Source: Lytechinus pictus (lineage: Eukaryota). From it: a stretch of 64,000 nucleotides of DNA. Of the stretch, positions 38,938 through 53,100 are shown one piece after another. The stretch lies in the NCBI RefSeq assembly GCF_037042905.1, contig NC_087252.1, forward strand, positions 18,106,001 to 18,170,000, in the 5' to 3' direction. A program made the translations under genes and the position numbers. The notes beneath the pieces are model-generated. The model ran no database searches. It saw nothing but the letters and a program-made list of their open reading frames with translations, and was not told where the DNA came from. Within the stretch, counting starts at the first letter, position 1. Each line of letters starts with the position of its first letter.

Positions 38938-40800
38938 TTTTTTTTTTTATTGTTTTGAAACTTTTTTGTTTTATTTCAATATATTCATAATCAATCATAT
39001 CATACATGTATCACAAAACATTACAAGACGAAATAAATATTACAAATAATTATTAAAGGTAACATTTGATCACACTTGAAAATTACATAATAACGTAAGA
39101 CTATTACAAAACATTCTTTAATACATGTACATACTTGGAAAAGAAAAAAAGCAATAATAAAAATGACATAATACGCATCATTCTTCACTCTAAATCAATC
39201 TGTTCCCATTTCTGTAGATGTATTGCCAAGGTATTCCTCTCTTGTGCAATCTTATATTCCTCTTTTCTATATTTTCTATAATGTTTTATTATGGTTCCAA
39301 CAGGTGGCAAAACAGCTTCCTGCCTTGCAGAATAAATCTCCTTTTTAATTATTAAAATTACGGTATTTAAACATTTTATCCTATTTGAACTTCCATCAAT
39401 CCCTAACAAAAGTGTCTTCCATGGAGAGATTCTCCAATTCTTTTAACCTTAGTTTATGTCCAATATTTTTTCTAAAGTGCTTGAACATTCGGGCAACGTA
39501 TAAATAAGTGATCAAGAGTTTCAACTTCTTGGTAACAAAACGAAAATTTGTTAGATGAAATATTGAAGTTCATCATATGTGTAAATGTGCAGCTGTTTAA
39601 ACTGAACTTCCCTACAATGCACGGTAGAAAAACGCGGTTTCATGAAAATATGCCGAATTTGTTTTACTGTTAAACATGAAAAAAATTCGATTGATTTTAT
39701 GCATGTCATCCGTCTTTTTTAAACCGTTTATAAATTGCTTTAAACAGATCTTGTCTAGATTACATTTCTTCCCAATAGTTCTAAAGAGATATGGTCGTCA
39801 TGGGACTGATTACTTTGTAATGGATTAAGCCTGAATGAACACAGCAAAAACTGTTGTGTTAACCTGTGTACATAGAGGACCACACCAGTTATTTTACACC
39901 GGTGTTAAATTGGTGGTGTTAGTTTTACACCTATAGGTGTTATTACAACACCTATGGTTGTTACATTTACGCTCTTTGGTTTTATGTTCAATCTCTAGGG
40001 TGTTATTTTAACACCTCACGGTGTGGTCCTCTATTAACACCAATTGGTGTCAGTTTTAACACCACAGTTTTTACAGTGAACGTTTCCATCCAATTGGCAG
40101 AGCATCATAATACCATAAAAATATCATTAGAGTCCAAACCGCGGTTTGAAAAGTAAGATACTGGCCTCATAAGTGGCCGTTTCTATCAATCAAATGAATA
40201 AGTTTTATATATGTTATGAGTATAGAGTTTTATATCAAATACCATTTTGCTATCAATACATACATGTTTGCTATTATAATATACATGTAGTGTTTGAAAC
40301 ACAATCATTCTCCTTTGTCCTACATTCTTCCATCCCTTGCCAAACTCTTAACATTTCAACATAGAATGTTGGTAACTTTGCTTTGATCTTGGCGGTATTA
40401 TAATAACATTGAAAAATGAACACACCACCAATTGATTTACATGAAATAATGAACAGCGTTTTCCATTTCATTTGATTGTTACAATATATTAATCTTTTCA
40501 TCCACATTGCACGTTGTACTTTATTATAATAAAAACCTCCATTTTCATAGTTTTGATACATTGTGTTTCTTTCTATCTTATCTTGTCCATTCCAAATAAA
40601 TTCGAATGTGATTCTTTCTATTTCCACATAAACCCACTTCGGGACCACAATCAAAGATGAGACATAAATCAGTTTTGAAAGTGCATAAGTTTTTAGAACA
40701 TGAATTTTCCCTAATATGGTCAAATCTCTTTGCTTCCACAACTCAACACCTTTTTTTTATTTTGCTTAATATTTCTTTGTAGTTCATTTCTTCTTTGACC
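38938..40800 (-). mobile_element. Old L1/Tx1-clade LINE 3' remnant
   Basis: WKQRDLTILGKIHVLKTYALSKLIY...FEFIWNGQDKI...YENGG...LPTFYVEMLRVW (40274-40741) and LNTVILIIKKEIY...HLQKW (39185-39409); these parallel the ORF2 C-terminus at 16.7-18.1 kb. Confidence 0.85.
39840..40078. mobile_element. CAC...GTG-terminated MITE (CMC/EnSpm-like) inserted in the L1 remnant
   Basis: CACAGCAAAAACTGT ... ACAGTTTTTACAGTG; 2-bp AA flanks; internal ACACC/GGTGT repeats. Confidence 0.7.
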
Positions 40801-40871
40801 TTCACATCCATGGTAAAAATATTCCCAAAATCTTCACTTCTTTATAAAAAATAACCATATTACATCATTTT

Positions 40872-41019
40872 GGACGCCTCTGCCATTTTTACCTCTGCCG
40901 TTTTTACCTTTGCCATTTTTACCTTTGCCATTTTTACCTCTGCCATTTTTACCTTTGCAATTTTTACCTCTGCCATTTTTACCTCTGTCATTTTTACCTA
41001 GCACCCCCTGATGTAACCC
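40872..41019. repeat. 15-bp tandem repeat (TTTTTACCT(C/T)TGCCA) ending in TGTAACCC
   Basis: About 8 units; same terminal octamer as the element ending at 16159. Confidence 0.8.
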
Positions 41020-41194
41020 ATTTGCTGTCAAAAAATATATACTGTATTTGAAGAGGGGGCTAACATACCCCCTTTGTCTCCTTTGGCTTCACACCTGATG
41101 ATTGCACATGACTTGTAATTCATACATGCACACACACACACACACTCCACGTGTAGATTACGTGTTCTACCCGCGCCGTGACCACTGTACTTTA

Positions 41195-41789
41195 TGGGCA
41201 GCCAAAAGGGCCAAAATTAACAATCTCAAAAATAAAGGAACTCTCTGAAATAAATGTATTTCAGAAATATAACATTCAGAAATGAATACATTACTTTGGA
41301 CGACTAGTACATAAGTCAGAAATACAAGCATTTAACCAGAAATGGATATAATTGAAAAATAAAAGACAACTCCGAAATAAATCTTGTCAATCATAGATAA
41401 AGATTTAGAATTATAGGACACATTTAGAAAAAAATATGGTAATTGAAATAGCAGTATATTTACAAATGAATGTCATCGTTCAGATAAAGATGACCTCGCA
41501 AATAAAACAATGTCAAAAATAAGAAAACTCCAGAAGTAAAGATAACTACAGAAGTAAAGCAACCACAGAAATAAAGACAACTGCAGAAGTTCACACGGAA
41601 TTAAAACAATTCTTGGAAATAAACATAATCACAATTTTCGGGGATATAATCATGTTATCACAAAAATAATTAATTTCTAAGAGAGTCTGAGAGGCTGCAT
41701 TTATTTCTGAAAGACTGGGATACTATACATTTATTTTTGAGAGTTTCTTAATTTGTAGATTGTTAATTTTTGGCCCTTTTGGCTGCCCA
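41195..41789. mobile_element. Non-autonomous TIR element, TA-flanked
   Basis: TGGGCAGCCAAAAGGGCCAAAATTAACAATCT / AGATTGTTAATTTTTGGCCCTTTTGGCTGCCCA; internal AGAAATA repeats. Confidence 0.85.
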
Positions 41790-42424
41790 TATGCACTAGC
41801 TAGTGACACACAGGCATTCATTTTAATTTACCTCATCACTGCACAAGTTCAATGCGACATTTATTATTCATAAGAGGTACGAATTGTTATTCATATCAAA
41901 CCAGCTCATCCTCGCTCAAACTCAAAAAAAATAGGCCAATGACCCGGGGCTAATGACTCATTAGTCCGACATCGCCTTGCGTTTTAGATTTGAGGGCGAT
42001 ATATGCGACACAATTTAGTGAAGTTGGAAAATAACCATCACAACTCTGGGAATTGGAACATCGGTTTACTTGTCTTACTGGTTAACTGGTCCAGTCAAAA
42101 ACTAAACTGGTCTTGAATTACTGAAATTTTATACTGGTCTTGTTTCTGGTGGTTGTTACTGGTCTCATTGGTCTTCATACTGATATCCAATTCAAGCTGG
42201 TTTTACTGGTATTTTATACTGGTCTGACTGGTCCTCGAACTGATTGAACAGGTCCTCGTACTGGTCTTATACTGGATCAATTTATTACATGCATTTGGTT
42301 TGTTTATACCATGGTCAGTGAAATGTCATGGAAAAGAGGATTAGTAAATTAATCTTTCTGCTGTTATTTTAAATGTGATGTATGAAATCACACATTTTCA
42401 TTTTGAATTAGTTCACACACTATT

Positions 42425-42582
42425 CCTTGGTCACATTTACTCTACTGCGGCCGTACGGCGTGTCGAAAACAGCAGTTTTAACCGTTTTTTTCCCGACTAC
42501 ATATAGGTCAGTGGTTTTAAAATTAATAAAACGGCTGTTTTCGACTCGCCGTACGGCCGCCGTAGTGCAAATGTGACCAAGG
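42425..42582. mobile_element. Short palindromic MITE
   Basis: CCTTGGTCACATTT...GCGGCCGTACGGCG / CGCCGTACGGCCGC...AAATGTGACCAAGG; TATT on both sides. Confidence 0.8.
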
Positions 42583-44087
42583 TATTATTTGGAAAGTTTT
42601 TAAACAACAATGAGTGCCATTGCAAGGATATTCCATTCTAAATCCTGATTTTTCTTTTTAAAATAGGAAATATGCAAATGAGGTAAACCACGTGATCAGC
42701 ATCATCAGAATTACTGGTATTACTGGTCTTGACTAGTTCAATTTCAAACAATGAATTACTTTAGACCAGTTGACTATATCAGAGGAATATATCTTGCTTT
42801 GATCTTAATCATAATTAAAGGAAATAATTATTTTAATGATAATGTTAATACTTGATAACTATGATAATATTAATATAAATAATAATTACAATATCAATAA
42901 CAATGATAACAGTAATAAGAATGATATAACAGGCAATGATCATAATAATCATAATAATAATAATGATAATTATAAGAAGAATAATGATAACAATAATAAC
43001 TTTCTCTGAATTGGAAGATTCATTTTCCATAATTCGTCAAATGATCTGCCTTGAAATCAAGTAATTATTTATTGGACCAGTAACACCAGTTTGATGAAAA
43101 ACAATTTAACTGGTATTACTGCTTTGCTTCAACTGGAATGCAATTGTTGGAACTGGTCTCCAGTTGATTTTTACTGGTCCAGTTAAAAATCAACTGGCCC
43201 AGTAAAAATACACTGGAAACCAGTAAATTCTCTTGGAAACCAGTAAAAATTCTTACTGGTCTTACTGGTTTTTCCTTAAATGGTTCTGCCATTTTTATTT
43301 CCTCATTAAACAAACATTACCCAGTGCAGCTATTTTGAAGTTGTTCCTATAAAGGCGGTCTTCGATTTTGATAATTGTAGATTTTTTTTCAACTGTAGAT
43401 GTGTATCTTCACACAAAAAATACTTCTAAAATAATCTCTGAGTTAAATTACAATGTTTTCCTAAAATGTAGTCTTTTGTGATGTAAAAACCATATTTCCA
43501 CATAAAGGGGCGAATTTTGTCTTCTTTAGCGAGTAGGATGAAATGATACTGTATAAATAAATTTATCATTTTTTACATAAAAATGTCAATCTTATTTTAT
43601 GGCAAACAAATTTTTTAAAATATGTACCTTTCGCTTGGGTATAGTTTTCATTTGTTTACCATAGATGAATGGTGTTTAATACGGATCCCTGTGGTTTTTT
43701 TTTTTTTTTTTTGTCTTCATACTACAGAATACCTAACTTATGCTTGAGGTTGGTTTAAATGTACTGGATGATGGTCTCTTTAACTTGTTTAATATGCCAC
43801 ATCAATTCCATTCCTTCAATAGCAGGGGTCAAGCTTTTCATAGGCAGGTTTCCTTGATGTTGTAGAAAGGTTGGATTTTTTTATGAAAACATTGTTGAAT
43901 ATTGTTTCTTTAGGTCTTTATCTCCACATGGCTAATCATTTCCAAATTGATACTGGAGATAAGTTCTAATGTTCTTCTGATTGATGGTTGTTTATTGGTC
44001 TTAAAGCCAGTAATTTTAGCAGAAGTTGTTCAAATTTCTTTCAGAGTTTATATTCTCCTAGTTTCCCTTACCTTGTATTGAATAATA

Positions 44088-44296
44088 CACAGTGAAAACG
44101 CTGTTTAAGATTTTATACGGCGCTGTTTACTGTATGGACCTTGCAGTGTTTGTTTAACCGTTTAAACAATCATGTTTAATTTATTGAAAATTAGATACTG
44201 AAAATTAAACTTTAAACACTTGTTTAAACTGTTTGAACAATTGCTGTAGGGTTCGTATGGTGGACAGCGTTGTATATATATTTTTTTTTTACTGTG
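44088..44296. mobile_element. CACAG-terminated MITE; related copy at about 45354-45539
   Basis: CACAGTGAAAA ... TTTTTACTGTG, TA flanks; internal CCTTGCAGTGTTTGTTTAACC..TTTAAACAATCATGTTTAATTT is shared with 45375-45417. Confidence 0.7.
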
Positions 44297-45916
44297 TACT
44301 ACACCAGCCACATTGCCTAGCAAATAGTTTTTCCCAGATGTTATGATTTACTTTAAAATGAGGTGGTTCAGAAGATTGATGATATGGAGTTTTTTTCCCC
44401 CTTCTGGAAGTTCTCTCACATCATATATCATCAAAATGATACTGAAATCTACTATGAAACCTATTTTTACCATGTTATATCATGTTGATTGAAAAACGAC
44501 TTAGAGATTGAATCAAAGTTTTCATTTTACACTGCTAACGAGCCTCGACCTTCTTAGGATAACATACTGAGTTGTATTTCATATAATTTTTAGTATCATA
44601 AAAATGGTGCATTTGGTATTTATAATCTATTATCTGCATTTACCACAGAGAGCTGCTATCGTCATTTCATTATATTTTAACATGGACCTATGGAAGCTGG
44701 ACATTTATCGGTTAGTTAATGAATTCACTAACATCTGACTGTCATTGTCATGTGAATAACATTCTCTTCATATTTATCTCCTGTGATACCATCATGGTCG
44801 CCGTCAATTAAACCATGAGTTACAGAAGCTTTCGGTGATTAGACATTTAACATTAGACAAATTGTATGCGCAGAAGGTAATAAATTGCCTGAATTCTCGG
44901 AAATTAATGTGCAGTTCTGGTTTACAAATGGTTATCTTAGTTCCATGGTTTTTATTTGGAAAAATGTATGAATATTTCAAGATAGAGGCTGAAATGAAAT
45001 TGATTGATTGTAATTTATAATCACATTTTAAAGATTTCCTCATAATATTCCAAAGAAACATGGTGGGTTTCTTGTAAGGGTCGTCCCCCTCTCGTTGTTA
45101 GAAAAGTCACTATGAGTGTGCAGAAGCGTGCAAATCGATAATAATAAATTTGATATCACAAAAATCGTCTGCTTCTCAATTTGCTGTTCCAAATCTGAAA
45201 CGTCTTAATTGAAAGGTATAATCTGCTACAAGACATCAGCCAACAAACGGCAAAAAGAGCAAAACATTCCTTTGTGAAGATCAGATTCGCCTTGGTAGTC
45301 GCTATTGTCAAAGCACCTGTATGTTATCATTAATATGCACATAATCAGGAGACGGCGCTGTTTCCTATGTGAGCCTTGCAGTGTTTGTTTAACCTTTTAA
45401 ACAATCATGTTTAATTTCATGAAGATCAGATATTGAAAATTAATTTTGTTGCTTAAGATTTAAACACTTGTTGAGCGATTGCTGTGTGGTTCATATGGTG
45501 AACAGCGTTGTATAATTTTTATTATTTTTTTTTTATGTGTAGGCACACTCAGTGCGTCAATCATACCTGGAACATCCAAGCATTTTCTATCCCTTTAAAT
45601 CATTTTTTTTCTTGCTCATAAAACAAGGGGTGCTGGTTTGCTCATGCTCTTGTGTGGTTCGGTTCCTTGCCGTATTTATGTTGCATCAGACGGTCATATA
45701 TAGCTATGACAAGTTTATAGGTACGGCACCCGTTTATTTCGCTATTTATTGCTCTGCACGCATGGCAACGAAATCACTATGTGATTATGATTTGAATTCT
45801 TCACAATCACGAGCATTGCGGTTTTTTTTTTACATTTGATTGTTGCCTAAATTGTAGGGTTAGAATGACGCACTTAGTTATAATCTGTAGAAGGTCTTTG
45901 CAGACTTTATGCTAAG

Positions 45917-46030
45917 CAGTAGCGTACCGTGAACCGCAGGAGACAAATCATTGGGGGGGCAGTGCATTGTCTGTGAACAATGCTTTGCCCCCCCAATGCT
46001 TTGTCTCCTCCGAGTCACGGTACGCTACTG
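45917..46030. mobile_element. 114-bp hairpin MITE, hAT-like
   Basis: CAGTAGCGTACCGTGA ... TCACGGTACGCTACTG; perfect 8-bp TSD ATGCTAAG (45909-45916, 46031-46038). Confidence 0.92.
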
Positions 46031-46245
46031 ATGCTAAGCATGCAGGCTCAAATTCTATTAAGTTCATCTTTCATTATTTGAATGAATGTTAAACATCTTG
46101 ATTCTTGAGGACTTTCTCAACCGGGATGTATATTTCTTTTTGGTTTCTGAACCATGGTGACCATCATTCCAAAAGGTCATGATATGTCATCGGTTTGTTT
46201 AGGATCCCGTTCGGATCTGTTTTTTAGACAAGACCAATATGGGGA

Positions 46246-49200
46246 AAATTTGAGTTCAAGAAGCATTTTAGGGTAAAAGTTGGGAACCGGTCTTTTTCAC
46301 CTAATTTGAATGTGCTGAATCTGATAAGACCGGTTCCCAAGCCAATTTTTCATGTTTTTACCACCTAATTTGCATAAGCAAAATGGCTGCCAAATTGCCT
46401 ATTTATAATCTTATTTCTACAATATTCTTTGATAATATTCGCTTTCACCAATGTGGATACTGCAAAATCCTGCATACATAACATGTACCATTCAGGAAAA
46501 ATCTGTTATCTCTGTTTGCGGCTAATTAATTATGCAAATTTATGCATATTTTGCAAAAATGTGCTATAATTTGATAATTACTCCTAAAAAAATATTATTC
46601 TGTGTACAAATAGCATTTGTATCATTATGATAACTGTTTGGCCCTTAAATATAATATTTAAGTCAATTTTTATATGTATTTCATTATTCTTTTATATTTT
46701 TTTATGTTCTTGTATTTTTAACCATCTTCTTTGTATATGTTTGATATGACCTTTAAAAAAAATGATATCAATGGCAGACAAATAGTAAGCTTTAATCATT
46801 GAATCATTTGATTAACTTCTTTTGCCACAACTGTTAATTGTACTCAGGAACAAACACACACACATGCTCCCACATTCAAACCTGTATATAGAAAGTAATA
46901 TACTTGCAAGGTATATTATACATGCCCAATATAAAACAAATTGATGCTGATCCTATAATCATGACAATTACCAAATTCAATGAACCCGTAAGAAAAGAAG
47001 AATTTTGAAGTTAGAAAATCTGTTCATGTTGGAATTAAATTTCTTGAAAAATTTATGTTAAAATGTCTTATATATCCTCTATAATTAGATAACAGACCCA
47101 ATAATCAATTAAACGTATGATTTATGCAGTGTAGTTTATCAAACGGACATAAGTATCAGTACATTGTTAACATCCTTGTAGCAAAATTCTGTACTACCGG
47201 ATCACTTACTCATTTTTTTGGTCATTACCGATTTATTTTTGTTCCCCTGAGTCAACCATCAAAGTAATAACTGAATACCACAGCTTCTATCCAATCCTTG
47301 CCATTGAAGATTCTTTGCCGAACGATACTGAATACAGAAGAGGAAATGATAAAAATAGGGGGCTAAACATAGATTAGATCTATGGTAAAAAACATGGGCA
47401 AAACAAGAAGGTTTCCAGCCCAGTCACTGCCCAATGCAGAACAAATTTTCACACTGCGTCCTATGGTTGAAAAGTGCTTGGGATGCCTGAGGAAGGTAAT
47501 CCAGCATGGAGACAGTTTGCAGAAGTCCAGTCTAGAGGTTATCTGGTCATGGATGATATTTTCCGCACCACCTCATGTAAGACAATGTCTGATCTCAGCA
47601 ATTCTGTGAATCTGGTAATATGCAGATTGGCAGACATGTGATGTGTGTTTCTTCATGCTCATTGTTCTATCAAAAGACTACGCCAAGATATCTAGCCTTG
47701 CATACTGGAGATATATATCTTCCTCACCTATTAAGACTGGAGTTGTAGTCATAATAATTACGCATATGGAGATGACAGAACAAGATACTTCGCTTTTAAT
47801 CGTTAAGCTCCAGGAAGTTGACCATCATCCAACATCGAATCCTCAATGGCAGCACCAACAACAGCAGATGCACGAACCTCTGTATCTTTAACTTTTGGAT
47901 CAAAAGTGAGGTATACAGCTGGATGTCATCAGCATAGAAGTGTATACCAAGACCATGTTGCCACATTATAGAGCCAAGAGGAGTGATGTACAGTTTGAAA
48001 AACACGGGACCAAGGACAGACTCCCAAGGAACTCCATAGCAAAGGGTAGTCACAGGAGACTGCATGCCAGTGATGAATACAGCTTGTCCTCTGTTGGAAA
48101 GGTAAAGGGAAAGCCATTGGAGTGCAGAATCATCAATTCCAAAACAGACTGTCAGTATCCCAAGAAGAATGACAAGTTCAGTGGTATCAAAACCGGTTGA
48201 CAAGTAAAAATAAACTTAGGCAACTGCTTTCTTCATAGAAAGAGATCTCCTGGCTCTACAGTCTAAGAAATTCTCGACCTAGACTTTGATGGTGATATCT
48301 CAGACTCGCATGCAGCCTATCAGAGCTGGGTAAGAAGTGGATTAATAATAACCTACAGGAACACCAAAACTGTCAGGAACCCACCATCCTCTGAAAGATA
48401 TCTTCGTTATCAATTATAAATAGTCTATCTTATGAAGATATGAAGATGTGTGAATATTAGAAGTTCGATAAATGGCCAAGTGGACATTACACAGTTCACT
48501 GCGGTATTGAAAGGTGCACTCCGAGCATTTTAACACCTGAAACAAGATCTGGTCAGACAACAGATTCTCTCTCAAGACAAAAGTTTAGGTTTTCTCTATG
48601 GATCTGTGACATGAGAATCGGTCATATCTCAAGAACACAAACACGATGACTTCGATCCGAACTGCCTCCGCAGAATACTTGTACTAAATTGATTTGATTT
48701 CAACAATTAGAGATCACTTTTATAATATGAGGCTGCCCTATCAATCAAGCCATCCAATGGAACACCAGCACGATGATAACTGACATTGATCATTCAACAC
48801 CCCGAAGGTAAAAGTGTATATCAAGCTGGGGGGGAAGCTGGATGCCTCTAAGTTGGATGAAGCGGCAATCCTTGATAGGACAGGTGTAGTACTGCATTGG
48901 AAAATATATATTATGGAGATGCACATGTAATCAGTTAATGAAGTCCAATTATCAAAATTTGTTATTAAAAGGACATGCAGTGACTTATTCGTTGTCACTT
49001 GTGGAACTTTAGAACACCAGAGTCTGGCTCTTAAAACATGGAAAACGGTCTAATTGATAGGCAAAATGAGACATTAGATGGTTTATTAATATGTGGGTTC
49101 AGTTCTGAGAATTTTTTTTTCAAAATTGGGACAATTTGACAAGCATAATGGAGAACACACAAGACATCTCATTTTCAGCAGACTGTTTTCTTTTCATTTT

Positions 49201-50172
49201 GCTAAAGAAAAACGCACTAAATATATATATATTATATACATGTATGTGTGATCAGATTCTGTTGGTCGGGGTACATAACTACTCCAAAGGATATTAAATG
49301 CAACTGATTGACTATTAGGAGTTGAGATTTACAGTACTGTCATGATTCAAATATAATAATCCATCATCTAAAATTGTAAATATGAATGAATTGATTGATA
49401 TCATAATTCAAAAAAACATTTTATAATGAAAATTTAAGCAATTAATAGTGACATTCGCTTGAATACAGATAGGTTCATGAAATTCGTTGGATCACCACCA
49501 GTGTGCTTTTAAATGGGAAGGCCCTCCCTGCAGGAATTTACCTTTGTATGCAGATGTGAGTGTGGGAGTCGGTGCATCTGTTAATGCCCATGGATATATA
49601 CGAATACAAACCTGTAAAAATCATTGAAACTAATTATTGTCTGCCATTGACAATCAATACTTTGACAGATCCCATAACAAAACATGCACGAAACAAAAGG
49701 TACAAAATACAAAGAAATACATAAGAAATTCAAAAACAATAAAATACATTAACATTCACTGTGATATTATATTCTAAGGGCCGTACAATTATTCATAATT
49801 ATGCAAATGCTATTTGTACCAAAAATATAAACATTTGAGCTGAAATTATCAAATTAAAGCATAATGATCCAAAATAAGCATAAATTTGCATAATTAATTA
49901 GCCGGAAACAAAAATAACAAATTTTCCCGAAAGGTACACGTATGTATGCAGGATTTTGCAGTATTCATGTCTGTGAAAGCGAATATAATTAAAGAACATT
50001 GTCGAAATAATATTCTGAATTGTCAATTTGGCAGCCATTTTGTTTATGCAAATTAGGTGGTCAAAACATGAGAAATTAGCTTGGGAACTGATCCTATCAG
50101 ATTCAGCATATTCGAATTGTGTGAAATAGTCCGGTTCCCAACTTTTACCCCAAAATGCTTCTTAAAGTTTAT
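46246..50172. mobile_element. ~3.9-kb element bounded by ~350-400-bp diverged inverted repeats (ends approximate)
   Basis: AAGAAGCATTTTAGGGTAAAAGTTGGGAACCGG...AAATGGCTGCCAAATTG...ACTGCAAAATCCTGCATACATA on the left, mirrored at about 49800-50165. Confidence 0.75.
47880..48205 (-). mobile_element. L2-like reverse transcriptase fragment
   Basis: FGIDDSALQWLSLYLSNRGQAV...YGVPWESVLGPVFFKLYITPLG...HFYADDIQLY. Confidence 0.85.
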
Positions 50173-50179
50173 ACAGGCC

Positions 50180-53100
50180 TCTTTTTTCCAGAATGGCTCT
50201 AGTCTATTTGGTTTCTTTTTATTTGTTAATTGGGGGTAGCTGGCCAATGCCTAATGTATTGTTTATTTGCCGTTTTTTCTCGTTTTTTGCCTTTTTGTGT
50301 GATTGTTCATGTGTTACTGTGTGTCCTGTTTTGTCTTGTTTTTTGTGTAACTGTTCTTCACATTCTATTCCACTTTTATTTCCTTAACTATGGCTGCTAA
50401 CACCAATGCTCCATTTCACTACTTGGATAATGATGAATTATACGACGCTTTTCAGTCTGATCTAGATACCAATTTCAATGAAAATTCAAATAAAGCTTTT
50501 CACAATTTCGTTGCCCAGTCCATGAACTCCCAAAACAATAATCTTGATTCTGTCTCCGATCCAAATGATAGTACCTATCAGCATGCACCTTCCTATTATT
50601 TTTCAGAAAGTCAAGTTGCAAGTAAACATTTAAACAACAGTAAAGATGATTTCGTAATGTTACAATGCAATATTCGCAGTGCCAATTAAAATTTTGATGC
50701 TTTGCATTCCCTTCTACTTAATTCGAAACTCAACTGTTCAGTTATAGGTTTGTCAGAAACCTGGTTTACTTCTGAAACTGATTTAACATTTTTTCACTTC
50801 CTGGTTATAATTTGATTACGAATAATAGGACAGAAAAAACAGGTGGCGGTATATGTTTGTATATTTCTGAACGGTACGAGTATAGGCTGAGGCCAGAATT
50901 GAACCGCATGAATAACTCTATAGAAAGTTTATTTATTGAAGTAGTTATTCCAAATGATAAAAACATTGTAATTGGGGTTATTTACAGACCTCCAAACTAT
51001 CTTCGTGATGACTTTTTGAACAATTTCAATGAATTACTAAATCACCACATCATGCTTCATAAAAACTGTTTTTTACTAGGGGATTTTAATGCAGATCTCT
51101 TTAAATATGATTCAGATGCATTCATACAAAAATTCATGGATTCATTTCTTACTGCGGGTTTTTTACCAGCAATTACTAAACCTACCAGAATTTCTACCAA
51201 CTCGGCCAGTCTTATTGATAATGTCTTTACAAATGTACGACTTGCGCTGTCATCTGGCATAATTCTTTCCGATCTATCTGACCATTTTCCAATATTCCTC
51301 CATTTCCAACTCAATAATGGTTTCTCGGCAAACTCGGCTTCATTTCACATACAACGTGATTTTTCTGAAAACAATATAGAACATTTTATGCAAGAGCTAG
51401 AAAACACAGACTGGTCTGGAATCTACACTATAGAAAATGCAAATGCTGCCTTTGAATCATTCATGAGCATAACATCTTCTAAGATGGATCACTGTTTTCC
51501 TTTAATCCGAAAAAAAAAATCTAACTACAAAAAGATTCCAAGGTCCCCATGGGTCTCCAAGGGTATTTTACGATCCATTAACAGGAAGAATAATCTTTAT
51601 TTGAAATCAATTGTTAAACCATGTGATAAGAACAAGAAAAAGTACAAAGATTACAAGAACATTCTTACTGGTATACTTAGGAAAAGTAAATAAAAGTATT
51701 TTTGTAATCAGTTTCAATTATTCAAAAATGATATACAAAATACCTGGAAAATAATTAAGAATGTTTTGCATGGTAATTTAAAAAAATCTATTGTTTCAAA
51801 AATAAATGTTGATGGCGAAATTATAGAAAATCCACTTACTTTGGCCAACACTTTCAATGATTATTTTTCCAGTATAGGCCCAAATCTTGCCAGACTCATT
51901 CCAGACTCTCCAAAACACTTTACTGATTTTCTTCATGACCCCAACCCAAATTCAATATATTTTTCTCCTACAGATGAGGCAGAAATTGCGGATATAATTC
52001 ATGGCTTAAAAAATAAGCAAAGCTCGGGGCATAATGGCATCAATAACATTTTGTTAAAAAAGAATTGTAATACCATTGCTAAACCCTTGGCATATATCTA
52101 TAATTTATGTATGTCTACTGGGATTGTTCCTTCATCGCTGAAACTAGCTCGAGTTATACCTGTATTTAAAAAAGGTGACAGTACTGCGTTAGGTAATTAT
52201 CGACCCATATCACTGCTGACCTGTTTGTCTAAAGTACTTGAAAAATTGATATTTGTTCGTACGACGAAATTCTTTAATTTGCATGATTTATTTTATCCCT
52301 TGCAATTTGGTTTTCGTGAAAATCATAATACTACACATGCATTATTAACAATAGTTGATTAGATTGCCAGCGGAATCGACAAGTTTCAACATACTGTTGG
52401 GGTGTTCCTGGACTTCTCCAAGGCTTTTGATACCATCAATCATGACATTTTATTACACAAACTTAATTACTATGGAGTCAGGGGAATAGCCTTGGAGTGG
52501 TTCAGGAACTACCTAGACAATAGAAAACAATTTGTCTCTTTCGAAAACTTTAACTCCGAAACAAAACTTGTTACTTGTGGCTCTATATTGGGTCCCCTAC
52601 TTTTTCTTATATACATAAATGATTTTTGTAAGTCCTCCAGTAATTTATCCTTTATTCTGTTTGCTGACGATTCTAATATTTTTTTCTCCCATAAGGATCC
52701 ACGCCATTTGCTTGCCACCATTAATCACGAACTAGTACATGTATCTGAATGGATCAAAGCTAATAAAATATCCCTTAATCTCCAAAAAACAAATTATATG
52801 CTCTTTAGTAATATCATAGATGAACTTCCAGGTAATATAATTTTCGAAAATACTAATTTACAAAGAGTTGGCAGTACTAAATTTCTTGGGGTAACCATTG
52901 ATAATAATCTTTCCTGGAAAGAGCACGTTGATCACATTTGTAAAATTATTTCGAGAAATATTGGTATCATAAACAAAGTAAAATTTTTATTTCCCACTCA
53001 TATACAATTTAATTTGTATTCAACTTTGATCCTGCCTCATTTAAACTACGGTATAACAGCATGGGGGAATTGTGCTGACTGCCTCCTGAACATAATTTTA

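Noticed and set aside
43720..44700. Highly decayed LINE RT remnant on the minus strand
   Set aside because: Only faint peptide hints (e.g. ITGFKTNK); cannot be supported without a profile search.
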